DNA of 64,000 nucleotides, taken from the NCBI GenBank assembly GCA_030834695.1, contig JAUQXK010000089.1, positions 192,174-256,173 of the forward strand, read 5' to 3'. The translations under genes were made by a program, and so were the position numbers. Every line of letters starts with the position of its first letter. Within the stretch, counting starts at the first letter, position 1. Source of the stretch: Desulfobacterales bacterium (GTDB lineage: Bacteria; Desulfobacterota; Desulfobacteria; Desulfobacterales; SpSt-501). Under the pieces are notes generated by a model. The model did not search any database and was not told the origin of the DNA. It was given only the letters and a program-made list of their open reading frames with translations. Below are positions 18,188 through 25,484 of the stretch, in pieces.

Positions 18188-18910
18188 ATGCGCGATCTGA
18201 ACCTATCCCGCGGACAGGTGCAGGCGGGCCTGCATGAGCTGGTGGCCGAGGGAGAACTCGCTTACGTTTTCGAGCACGGACAAACTTTTCTTGAGCCATC
18301 CTTCGATCGGCCGGTGCGCGTGTCCGACCGCGTCGTGTTGACTCCGCCCGAGCGAACCTATCCGGCCGGCCCCGCGGATGTGCTCATCCGGATCATTCCC
18401 GGTGCCGCATTCGGCGCCGGCCGCCACCCCACCACTCGACTGGCGCTGAAGGCCATCGATTTCATTCTGGGGAGCGCCGGCGGATCGTCGGCAGGTGCCC
18501 GCCGCAGGATGCTCGACATCGGTACCGGCAGCGGGGTGCTGGCGATGGCGGGGGTGATGCTGGGTATCGAAACCGGCCTGGCCGTCGATATCGACCCCTG
18601 CGCCGTGGCGGAGGCCAGGGCGAACGTGGAGCTCAACAGCCTGAGCCGGCAGATAGCCGTTTCCGATCAAGCGGCAGAGGCCATCGACGGCAGCTACGAT
18701 CTGGTGACCGCCAACCTGCGCACCCCCACCCTGGCGCGCCTGGCGCCCTGTCTCGCCGGCTGGACGGCACCGCAGGGGGCGCTGGTAATATCGGGGATCC
18801 GCACCGAGGAGTGCGACGAGCTTCTGGGCGAGCTTGAAAAGCGGTTTTTCAATACCGTGTGGCGGGATGAAGAGCAGGAGTGGGTGGGACTTGCGCTCAC
18901 GAGGAAATGA
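18188..18910 (+). CDS. PrmA-like SAM-dependent methyltransferase with N-terminal winged-helix-like segment
   Basis: GRHPTTRLAL, DIGTGSGVLAMAG, DIDPCAV, VTANL motifs of the PrmA class. The start is uncertain: the ORF is open from 17993, and a TTG at 18134 would include more of the helix-turn-helix-like segment. Confidence 0.75.
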   Translation: MRDLNLSRGQVQAGLHELVAEGELAYVFEHGQTFLEPSFDRPVRVSDRVVLTPPERTYPAGPADVLIRIIPGAAFGAGRHPTTRLALKAIDFILGSAGGSSAGARRRMLDIGTGSGVLAMAGVMLGIETGLAVDIDPCAVAEARANVELNSLSRQIAVSDQAAEAIDGSYDLVTANLRTPTLARLAPCLAGWTAPQGALVISGIRTEECDELLGELEKRFFNTVWRDEEQEWVGLALTRK

Positions 18911-18916
18911 CCGGAA

Positions 18917-18954
18917 GATTTCTCGCTTCGCTCGAGACGACATGATAGCGGGTC
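18917..18954 (-). repeat. 38-nt repeat, copy 2 (inverted partner of 13466-13503)
   Basis: Reverse complement GACCCGCTATCATGTCGTCTCGAGCGAAGCGAGAAATC. It starts 7 nt after the methyltransferase stop. Confidence 0.7.
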
Positions 18955-18988
18955 TTGTCCGGGTCCATCAATGAGATGGTACCAATTA

Positions 18989-19024
18989 AAAACGGCGGGC
19001 ATCTTTGGGATGCCCGCCGTTTCA
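18989..19024. terminator. bidirectional rho-independent terminator (cytochrome c3 / methyltransferase)
   Basis: 13-bp arms AACGGCGGGCATC (18991-19003) and GATGCCCGCCGTT (19010-19022). An A-run lies 5' and T residues 3', giving TTTTT on the minus-sense transcript. Confidence 0.7.
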
Positions 19025-19052
19025 ATATTCCGGTCAAATTATCTAAGACACA

Positions 19053-19523
19053 TCAGCTTTTCTTCGGATGGCAGTCGTTGCAGGTCACCGGGGCTTTTTT
19101 GGCCGGCTTGAATTCCTTGTTGTAATCCCGGTGGCAGCCCTGGCAGTTGTCATGGTAGGCCTCGGCGATGAATTCCAGCTTGGCCTTCTTTTCGAGCTTC
19201 GGCGCGTCCTTGCCTTTGGGGGCCTCGCCGCACTTCTTGTGGCACTCAAAGCATTTCTGGACCTTGCTGTCGGCGGTCAGGCCGGCGATGGGCTTGCCCT
19301 TGTCGTCGTGATGGCAGTCGCCGCAGCCGTTGGGGTAAAGTTTGGCAAACTGTTTGGCGTATTCCTCGGAGTGCTTCTTGTGGCTGAACTGAATCTCGCC
19401 CTTGGTGTTCTGGCAGCCCTTGTTTTCGACTTTGACGACATCGGCCACCTTGGCGTAGATCCCGCCAGCAAAGAATAAGCACGCCACCGCAATCATCACC
19501 GCTACCGCCATTTTTTTCCTCAT
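19053..19523 (-). CDS. tetraheme cytochrome c3 (class III), periplasmic
   Basis: Signal peptide plus four CxxCH heme sites (CGDCH, CFECH, CQGCH, CNDCH) and additional axial His residues. Lys-rich. Confidence 0.9.
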   Translation of the reverse strand: MRKKMAVAVMIAVACLFFAGGIYAKVADVVKVENKGCQNTKGEIQFSHKKHSEEYAKQFAKLYPNGCGDCHHDDKGKPIAGLTADSKVQKCFECHKKCGEAPKGKDAPKLEKKAKLEFIAEAYHDNCQGCHRDYNKEFKPAKKAPVTCNDCHPKKS

Positions 19524-19662
19524 AGCCTCTTCCTCCGCCTCCTTTGAGTTATTGGTTCATGCCTGCCGGCAGTACAATGACCCAACTCAATGAATAAGAA
19601 TTTTTATCAAGGAAGCCTCAAGCTGTCAATGGCCATTTGCATCCCGAATCGGGCCCGGCAGG

Positions 19663-20427
19663 TCAGACCGGATGCGATTCGGAGGCCTCTGCCGCGCCTT
19701 TCTTGCGGTTCACAACGTGGGCGCCCAAGATGCCGATTTCATAAAGCACCGTCAACGGAATGGCCATCAGAATCATGGAGACCACGTCCGGCGTCAAGAA
19801 CGCCCCGACCACGAAGGCCAGGATGACGGCGTACTTGCGGTTGCGTTTCAAATATTCAACGGAGACGATCCCCAGACGGGCCAGGCCGGTCAGGGCCACC
19901 GGAAGCTCGAACAGCAGCCCGAAGATGAACAGCAGCTTGGTGCTGAAATCGAGGTATTCGCGCATGGACGGCAAGGTGCGGATAAAATCGGCGCCGAAGC
20001 TCAGCAGGAATTTGAAGCCGGACGGGAACACCACGAAATAACCGAACAGGGCGCCGCCGATGAAAAAGAAGGATGTAACGGCGATGATCGGCCCCAGCAC
20101 CCGGCGTTCTTTCTGGTAAAGCCCCGGGGCCACGAACATCCAGAACTGGTAGAGCAGGACCGGGCTCGCCAGGATGATCCCGGCTAAAAAGGAAACCTTC
20201 AGGTAAGTAAAGAATGCTTCGGGGATTCCCGTAAAAATCAGTTTTCCGCCTTCCGGCATGACCCGGATGAGCGGGTAAAGCAGGATCTCGAAAAGCGTTT
20301 CCTTAAATGCATAGCAGAGGCCGAAGCCGGCGCCGACGGCGATGAAACTCTTGATCAGCCGCGACCGCAGCTCTTCAAGATGGACGGTGAAAGGCAGTTT
20401 TTCATCCTCGTGCATCATCCGCTTCAC
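19663..20427 (-). CDS. tatC: twin-arginine translocase subunit TatC
   Basis: HLEELRSRL start, six TM pattern, FVAPGLY, FGLLFELP motifs. Confidence 0.93.
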   Translation of the reverse strand: MKRMMHEDEKLPFTVHLEELRSRLIKSFIAVGAGFGLCYAFKETLFEILLYPLIRVMPEGGKLIFTGIPEAFFTYLKVSFLAGIILASPVLLYQFWMFVAPGLYQKERRVLGPIIAVTSFFFIGGALFGYFVVFPSGFKFLLSFGADFIRTLPSMREYLDFSTKLLFIFGLLFELPVALTGLARLGIVSVEYLKRNRKYAVILAFVVGAFLTPDVVSMILMAIPLTVLYEIGILGAHVVNRKKGAAEASESHPV

Positions 20428-20453
20428 ACTCGACCTCTGGTCTGGCAGCTCTT

Positions 20454-20924
20454 TCAGCCGGACCGGGGCTTATCCGCTGAAGGTTTCTGGCCCGACTGCG
20501 GCGCCGGCGTTTCGGAGGGCGGCGGGCTAGCCGGTGCCGGCCCGGCATTCCAGGCTTGGAACGCTTTCTTCAGTTCATCCAGCTTGTCGGTCGAAGCGGG
20601 CTCGGCGGGTGCCGGATCGGCCGGGGCCGCCTCCGGTGCCGGAGCGTCAGCGGCGGCCTGGGACGGCCCGGCGGGTTGGGTCTCGGTCTTGGCTTCAGGC
20701 TGGATGGTCTTGTTGACGTCGGATTCAAAGTCGTTGAAGGCCTTCTTGACCTCGTTGAACTCGCCGTCGACCTGCAAGGTCTCCTTCAATTCACTGGTGG
20801 CTTTTCGGAATTCGCGCACGGCACGTCCCATGGATTTGGCCAGGTCCGGCAGTTTTTTCGGGCCGAGGACGATCAACGCCACCACGGCAATCAGAATCAA
20901 TTCCGGCATGCCGATGCCAAACAT
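20454..20924 (-). CDS. twin-arginine translocase TatA/TatB-family protein with long Pro/Ala-rich tail
   Basis: Start at ATG 20924 (MFGIGMPELILIAVVALIVLGPKKLP; AGGGGG SD). 156 aa suggests TatB-like. The upstream part of the listed ORF lies in a repeat element. Confidence 0.85.
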   Translation of the reverse strand: MFGIGMPELILIAVVALIVLGPKKLPDLAKSMGRAVREFRKATSELKETLQVDGEFNEVKKAFNDFESDVNKTIQPEAKTETQPAGPSQAAADAPAPEAAPADPAPAEPASTDKLDELKKAFQAWNAGPAPASPPPSETPAPQSGQKPSADKPRSG

Positions 20925-20987
20925 AGGAGCCCCCTGAAGCATGGACGCCGCTTGCGCCCGCGGTGCGACCTGCCCATACGGACTTAC

Positions 20988-21137
20988 TAATCGTCTCGAA
21001 ATAGTACCGTCATGCCGGACGTGATCCGGCATCCAGAACGGGTTGAATTCACTGGATTCCGGCTAAAAGCCTGCCCCGGAAATCGGTAATCCGGGGCAGG
21101 CCGGAATGACGACGTAAAGACAATTCTGAGACCCTTA
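20988..21137 (+). mobile_element. MITE-like element, copy A (shortest form, about 146 bp plus TA flanks)
   Basis: Imperfect terminal inverted repeats: ATCGTCTCGAAATAG... versus the reverse complement of ...CAATTCTGAGACCCT. TA flanks both ends. Internal hairpins ATGCCGGA/TCCGGCAT and CCTGCCCCGGA/TCCGGGGCAGG. Homologous to 23105-23278 and 37166-37366. Confidence 0.6.
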
Positions 21138-21188
21138 ATACGCGGCGGATAATATCACGGCTTTATCTACTGGTTTCCCGTAAACCTG

Positions 21189-22481
21189 TCAAGGCGAGGC
21201 GTCGGGACGAAGCACCAGGAAATACAGCTTGCCGGGGTGCTTGAGGTGGCCGGCCGCGATTTCGGCGTCAGGGCCGCTGCCCCAGAAGAGGTCCGCACGT
21301 CCCGGTCCCTTGATGGCGCCGCCGGTATCCTGGTTGAGCGTGAACCTGCGGCATGCCACCCAGGACACGATCCGGCCCTGGCCGTCGATCATCGGTTTTT
21401 GCGTTTCCACGTAGCTCAGCGTCGCCGGCGGGAAGGCTGTGCGGTCGAGGGCGATCGACCGTCCCGGAGTCAGCTTGACATTAATGGAGCCCAGCGGGCC
21501 GTCCGGCACCACTTTAAAAAAGATGTAGCTCGGGTTATGGCTCAACACGCGCTGGATCTCGGCAGGGTTTTCGTTGAGATAGGCCCGGATGCGCTGCATG
21601 GACATTTCCTCGCGGCTGATCTTGCCCTCTTCAATCAGCAACTGCCCGACGCTGCGGTAGGGGCGGCCGTTGCTCGTGTCGTAGCCGACGTTGAGCACCC
21701 GGCCGTCCTCCAAAATGATCTTGCCGGATCCCTGCACGTGCAGAAAGAAAACGTCGATTGGATCGTTGACCCAGGCGAGCGCGAGGGCCTTGCCGTAGAG
21801 CGCCCCGCCCTCTTCGATTTCCCGGCGGTCGTGATAAGGGACGATGCTTTTCTCCTGGGTCCGGCCGATGAGCTTCTCGCCGCCAAATTTTTCTGAAAAC
21901 GCGCGCAGGTCGATGGTCAGGAGATCGTCCGGCCGCGCATAGATCGGGTACTGGTACTCAGGGCTGATGGAACGGCGGCCATTGAGCAGCGGCTCGTAGT
22001 AGCCGGTGAACAACACGTCTCGTTGCGGATCCCGGCCAACGGACTGGTAGACCCGGTAAAAGGCGCGGATGTATCTCTGCAGGTCGGATGCGGAGGGCCG
22101 CACCCGGATGAACCCCTGGAAGCGCCGCAGGGAAAGCAGGATGTGGGCCGCTGTATAGCGATCACGGCCGAATTCGAATTCCCGGGAAGGGGGGATGGCC
22201 TGCAAATACCCGATGCTCTGGGCGATGGCCTGCTCAAGGCTTTCGAAGTCGAGATCGTCGCTAAAATTCGGATAAGCGGACGGGTCGATACGGACCAGCG
22301 ACGGTGCGGCCTCCACCGCCGGCGGTGCGGCGGGAGGCGGTTTCGGCGGCGCTGGACAGCCGATCAGCAGAAATGTCACCAAGGCTGCGAAAAAGGGGCC
22401 GCATGGTATTTTTCCAGGAAAGCGATGAGCGAGTTTCAACTGGGTCACGGGTTTCCTTTGAACGGCGATAGACAGGATCAA
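21189..22481 (-). CDS. mltA: membrane-bound lytic murein transglycosylase A (MltA family) lipoprotein
   Basis: Lipobox-like LLIGC. FTGYYEP, VFFLHVQGSG, PYRSVG, LNQDTGGAIKGPGRADLFWG (3D domain). Start could be TTG 22481 or GTG 22448. Confidence 0.85.
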   Translation of the reverse strand: MILSIAVQRKPVTQLKLAHRFPGKIPCGPFFAALVTFLLIGCPAPPKPPPAAPPAVEAAPSLVRIDPSAYPNFSDDLDFESLEQAIAQSIGYLQAIPPSREFEFGRDRYTAAHILLSLRRFQGFIRVRPSASDLQRYIRAFYRVYQSVGRDPQRDVLFTGYYEPLLNGRRSISPEYQYPIYARPDDLLTIDLRAFSEKFGGEKLIGRTQEKSIVPYHDRREIEEGGALYGKALALAWVNDPIDVFFLHVQGSGKIILEDGRVLNVGYDTSNGRPYRSVGQLLIEEGKISREEMSMQRIRAYLNENPAEIQRVLSHNPSYIFFKVVPDGPLGSINVKLTPGRSIALDRTAFPPATLSYVETQKPMIDGQGRIVSWVACRRFTLNQDTGGAIKGPGRADLFWGSGPDAEIAAGHLKHPGKLYFLVLRPDASP

Positions 22482-22559
22482 CCGGATTTAATTTTCAGGA
22501 TGCTTCTCACCCCGTGCAGTCAGTCCATCCTGTTAATCCTGTCTGATGCACGCTTGCTT

Positions 22560-23045
22560 CTATCCATCGGTGCGGCGATGGTAGGTTCCACTCTTGCCGC
22601 CGGACTTTTCGATCAACTCAATGGCGGTGATGGTCATCTCCCGGTCGTGGGCCTTGCACATGTCGTAAATGGTCAGGGCAGCCACCGCCGCCGCCGTGAG
22701 CGCTTCCATCTCCACGCCGGTCTGGTCGACGGCGCGCACGCTCGCCCGGATCTTGATGAGATGCTCGTGCTCGTCAGGCCGAAAGTCGACCTGGACATGG
22801 GTGAGCTTCAGCGGATGGCACATCGGAATCAGATCCGCCGTGCGTTTGGCGGCCATGACGCCGGCGATCCGGGCGGTTTCGAGCACGTTGCCCTTTTTGA
22901 CTTTGTGATCCCGGATCATATCGAAGGTGTCCGGCCGCATGCGGACATCGGCCGAGGCCACCGCTGTGCGCACGGTCGGCGCCTTTTCAGTGACATCCAC
23001 CATGCGCACCCGACCTTCTGCGTCGAGATGAGTGAATTCAGTCAT
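22560..23045 (-). CDS. moaC: cyclic pyranopterin monophosphate synthase
   Basis: [44 protein letters not shown] motifs. Confidence 0.93.
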   Translation of the reverse strand: MTEFTHLDAEGRVRMVDVTEKAPTVRTAVASADVRMRPDTFDMIRDHKVKKGNVLETARIAGVMAAKRTADLIPMCHPLKLTHVQVDFRPDEHEHLIKIRASVRAVDQTGVEMEALTAAAVAALTIYDMCKAHDREMTITAIELIEKSGGKSGTYHRRTDG

Positions 23046-23104
23046 CGGTTTTCCACCTTGAAGCGCGGGAATTGGTCTATGTTATGGTTCCGGCGATAAG
23101 ATAT

Positions 23105-23278
23105 TAATCGTTTCGAAATAGTACCGTCATGCCGGACGTGATAAGCCTGCCCCGTACCACGATACGGGGGCATCCAAAAAGGGTTGAATTCACTGGATTC
23201 CGGCTAAAAGCCAGTCCCGGAAATTGGTAATCCGGGGCATGCCGGAATGACGACGTAAAGACAATTATGAGACCCTTA
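23105..23278 (+). mobile_element. MITE-like element, copy B (about 170 bp; one extra internal hairpin module)
   Basis: Same termini and core as copy A. It has an extra GATAAGCCTGCCCCGTACCACGATACGGGGGCATCC module. TA on both flanks. Confidence 0.6.
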
Positions 23279-23546
23279 ATATGTTCGATGCGGTCATGTA
23301 ACGCCGGACCGCGGATGAAGGTCTACTCATATCTTTTCCGGAGTGATCATGTATCAGGTCTAAATTCTGGCAGCCATATTGTCAAGCCGGCAGCTCACCG
23401 GGGCGAAACGCACCGGAGGGGAGAAATTCCCCAGAGCCGGCTATCCGATCCGAAGTCCCGGTTAACCCCTTGCCAAACTAATATCTCTTATAAAAACAAA
23501 TTGATACTGTTTAATCAGAGACAAACCTAACGGGTGCCGGCCTTCT

Positions 23547-23562
23547 TGGTACGGCGCCTGCA
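23547..23562 (+). promoter_or_regulatory. sigma54 (-24/-12) promoter candidate
   Basis: TGGTACGGCGCCTGCA versus consensus TGGCACG-N4-TTGCA. GG and GC are at the correct 10-nt spacing. It lies about 68 nt upstream of ATG 23630, and a sigma54 activator is encoded at 27218-28603. Confidence 0.55.
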
Positions 23563-23629
23563 TTCAACAGAAACGGGATGAAAACCCCCTGGGGGATTTA
23601 GAAAGCAACCTCGTTGAAAGGAGTCTGAA

Positions 23630-23989
23630 ATGGCAAGCAAGAAATTCAAAGCGACCTCTATCGCCGACCGGAGCGTCGAAGATGAACGTGAGCGCGCACA
23701 ATGGCAAATGGAGCAGCTCCTGCAGGCCAGCTTGTGTGCCAACTGCCGGCATGTCGGCGATTGCGCTTTTCTGTCGAAGGCCTGCGGCCCGATTCAGAAT
23801 TGCGAAATATACGAGTGCGGTCTTCCGGAAAAGCCGCGCCTCGTAGTTGTGAAAAAAGCCTGCGCTCGCGTCGAAGAGGCGGAAAACAAAGCCGCGCCGG
23901 TGGGTCTATGCATCACCTGCGAGAACCTGAGAGGCTGCAACCTGCCCAAGCCGGCCGGCGGGGTCTGGATGTGCGAGGAATACTGCTAA
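23630..23989 (+). CDS. small Cys-rich protein with two tandem Cys modules (unknown function)
   Basis: AAAGGAG SD. Two related modules: LCANCRHVGDC...C...CEIYEC and LCITCENLRGC...CEEYC. No family recognised. Confidence 0.55.
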   Translation: MASKKFKATSIADRSVEDERERAQWQMEQLLQASLCANCRHVGDCAFLSKACGPIQNCEIYECGLPEKPRLVVVKKACARVEEAENKAAPVGLCITCENLRGCNLPKPAGGVWMCEEYC

Positions 23990-24110
23990 ATTTTTTGCAT
24001 TTAGAGAAAAGAAAAGCTAAACTCACTTCCGGTTGCCGACATAAGGCGTCCGCCGATGCCGGTTGATCGTTTTGAAAGCCGCAACCGTTTCCGCCAAGGA
24101 GAAATCGATC

Positions 24111-25394
24111 ATGAGCGAAAATTTCAATGCCTTTGAAATGGCCCAGGCGCAGTTCGATCGGGTGGCCGACATGCTCGGGCTGGACCCCGGCGTGCGCGAG
24201 TTGCTGCGCTGGCCGATGCGCGAGTTTCACTTCACCATCCCGGTGCGCATGGATGACGGCTCGGTTCGGATCTTCCGCGGCTTTCGCGTGCACCACAACG
24301 ACCTGCGCGGCCCATGCAAGGGCGGCATCCGCTTCCATCCCCAGGAGACCGCCGACACGGTGCGCGCGCTCGCGACGTGGATGACCTGGAAGTGTGCCCT
24401 GGCCGATATCCCGCTGGGCGGCGGCAAGGGGGGGGTCATCTGCGATCCGCGCCGGATGTCCGCCCGGGAGCAGGAACAGCTGTGCCGCGGCTGGATCCGG
24501 CAGGTGTTCAAGAATGTCGGGCCGGAGCTGGACGTCCCGGCCCCGGACGTCATGACGAGCGCCCAGCACATGCTCTGGATGCTAGACGAGTACGAAACCC
24601 TCGCCGGCGGCCACTATCCCGGTTTTATCACGGGCAAGCCGGTCGGCATGGGCGGATCGCTCGGGCGCAAGGAGGCCACCGGCTTCGGCGTGATGTTCTG
24701 CGTGCGCGAGGCGGCCAAGCGTCTGGGCCGCGACCTCAAGGGGATGACCGCCGCCTTTCAGGGCTTCGGCAATGTCGCCCAGTATGGGGTGCGCTGGTTC
24801 ACCCAGGCCGGCGGCCGGGCCGTGTGCGTCTCCTGCTGGGACGGCCGCGACAACGCCGCCTATACCTACCGCAGGGCGGACGGCGTCGACCCGGATTTTC
24901 TCGTTTCCATCGCCGACAGCTACGGCGCCATCGACCGGGAAAAGGCCAGGGCGGCCGGCTACGAGGTGCTTCCCGGCGAGGATTGGATCAAGCAGCGCGT
25001 CGACATCCTCGTACCCTGCGCCCTCGAGAACCAGATCAATGCGGACACCGTCAAGCATATCGCGGACAGCGTCGTGCTGATCGCCGAAGGCGCCAACGGC
25101 CCGACCACGCCGGAGGCCGACCCGGTGATCAAGCAGCGCCAGATCTTCGTGATACCGGATTTTCTCTGCAATGCCGGCGGGGTGACGTGCTCCTACTTCG
25201 AGCAGGTCCAGGCCAACATGAATTACTACTGGGAAAAGAAAGAGGTGCTTCAGCGGCTGGACAGTGTCATGACCAAGGCCTTTCACGCCATGGCGGATAT
25301 GGCCGAGCAGCGCGGAGTTTACATGCGGGATGCCGCGTATATGATCGCGGTCGACCGGGTCGCCCAGGCTGCCAGGCTGCGGGGCCGGGCCTGA
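24111..25394 (+). CDS. gdhA: glutamate dehydrogenase (Glu/Leu/Phe/Val dehydrogenase family)
   Basis: Start at ATG 24111 (AAGGAG SD). GPCKGGIRFHP, KCALADIPLGGGKGG catalytic Lys region, GFGNVAQ Rossmann motif. Confidence 0.92.
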   Translation: MSENFNAFEMAQAQFDRVADMLGLDPGVRELLRWPMREFHFTIPVRMDDGSVRIFRGFRVHHNDLRGPCKGGIRFHPQETADTVRALATWMTWKCALADIPLGGGKGGVICDPRRMSAREQEQLCRGWIRQVFKNVGPELDVPAPDVMTSAQHMLWMLDEYETLAGGHYPGFITGKPVGMGGSLGRKEATGFGVMFCVREAAKRLGRDLKGMTAAFQGFGNVAQYGVRWFTQAGGRAVCVSCWDGRDNAAYTYRRADGVDPDFLVSIADSYGAIDREKARAAGYEVLPGEDWIKQRVDILVPCALENQINADTVKHIADSVVLIAEGANGPTTPEADPVIKQRQIFVIPDFLCNAGGVTCSYFEQVQANMNYYWEKKEVLQRLDSVMTKAFHAMADMAEQRGVYMRDAAYMIAVDRVAQAARLRGRA

Positions 25395-25422
25395 TCCAGG
25401 TGTGGAATGCGAACCCTGCGAA

Positions 25423-25453
25423 AGAAGCTGCCGAAGGGCAGCTTCTTTTTTTG
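25423..25453 (+). terminator. rho-independent terminator after gdh
   Basis: AGAAGCTGCC / GGCAGCTTCT stem with GAAG loop, followed by a T-run of about 7. Confidence 0.75.
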
Positions 25454-25484
25454 CTGAAATCTGCCGGCAGCGCTTGGAGCGATC

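Noticed and set aside
23367-23383. TGGCAGCCATATTGTC as a sigma54 promoter
   Set aside because: The -12 GC is replaced by GT and it lies about 250 nt from the ORF. The 23547-23562 site is a much better match.
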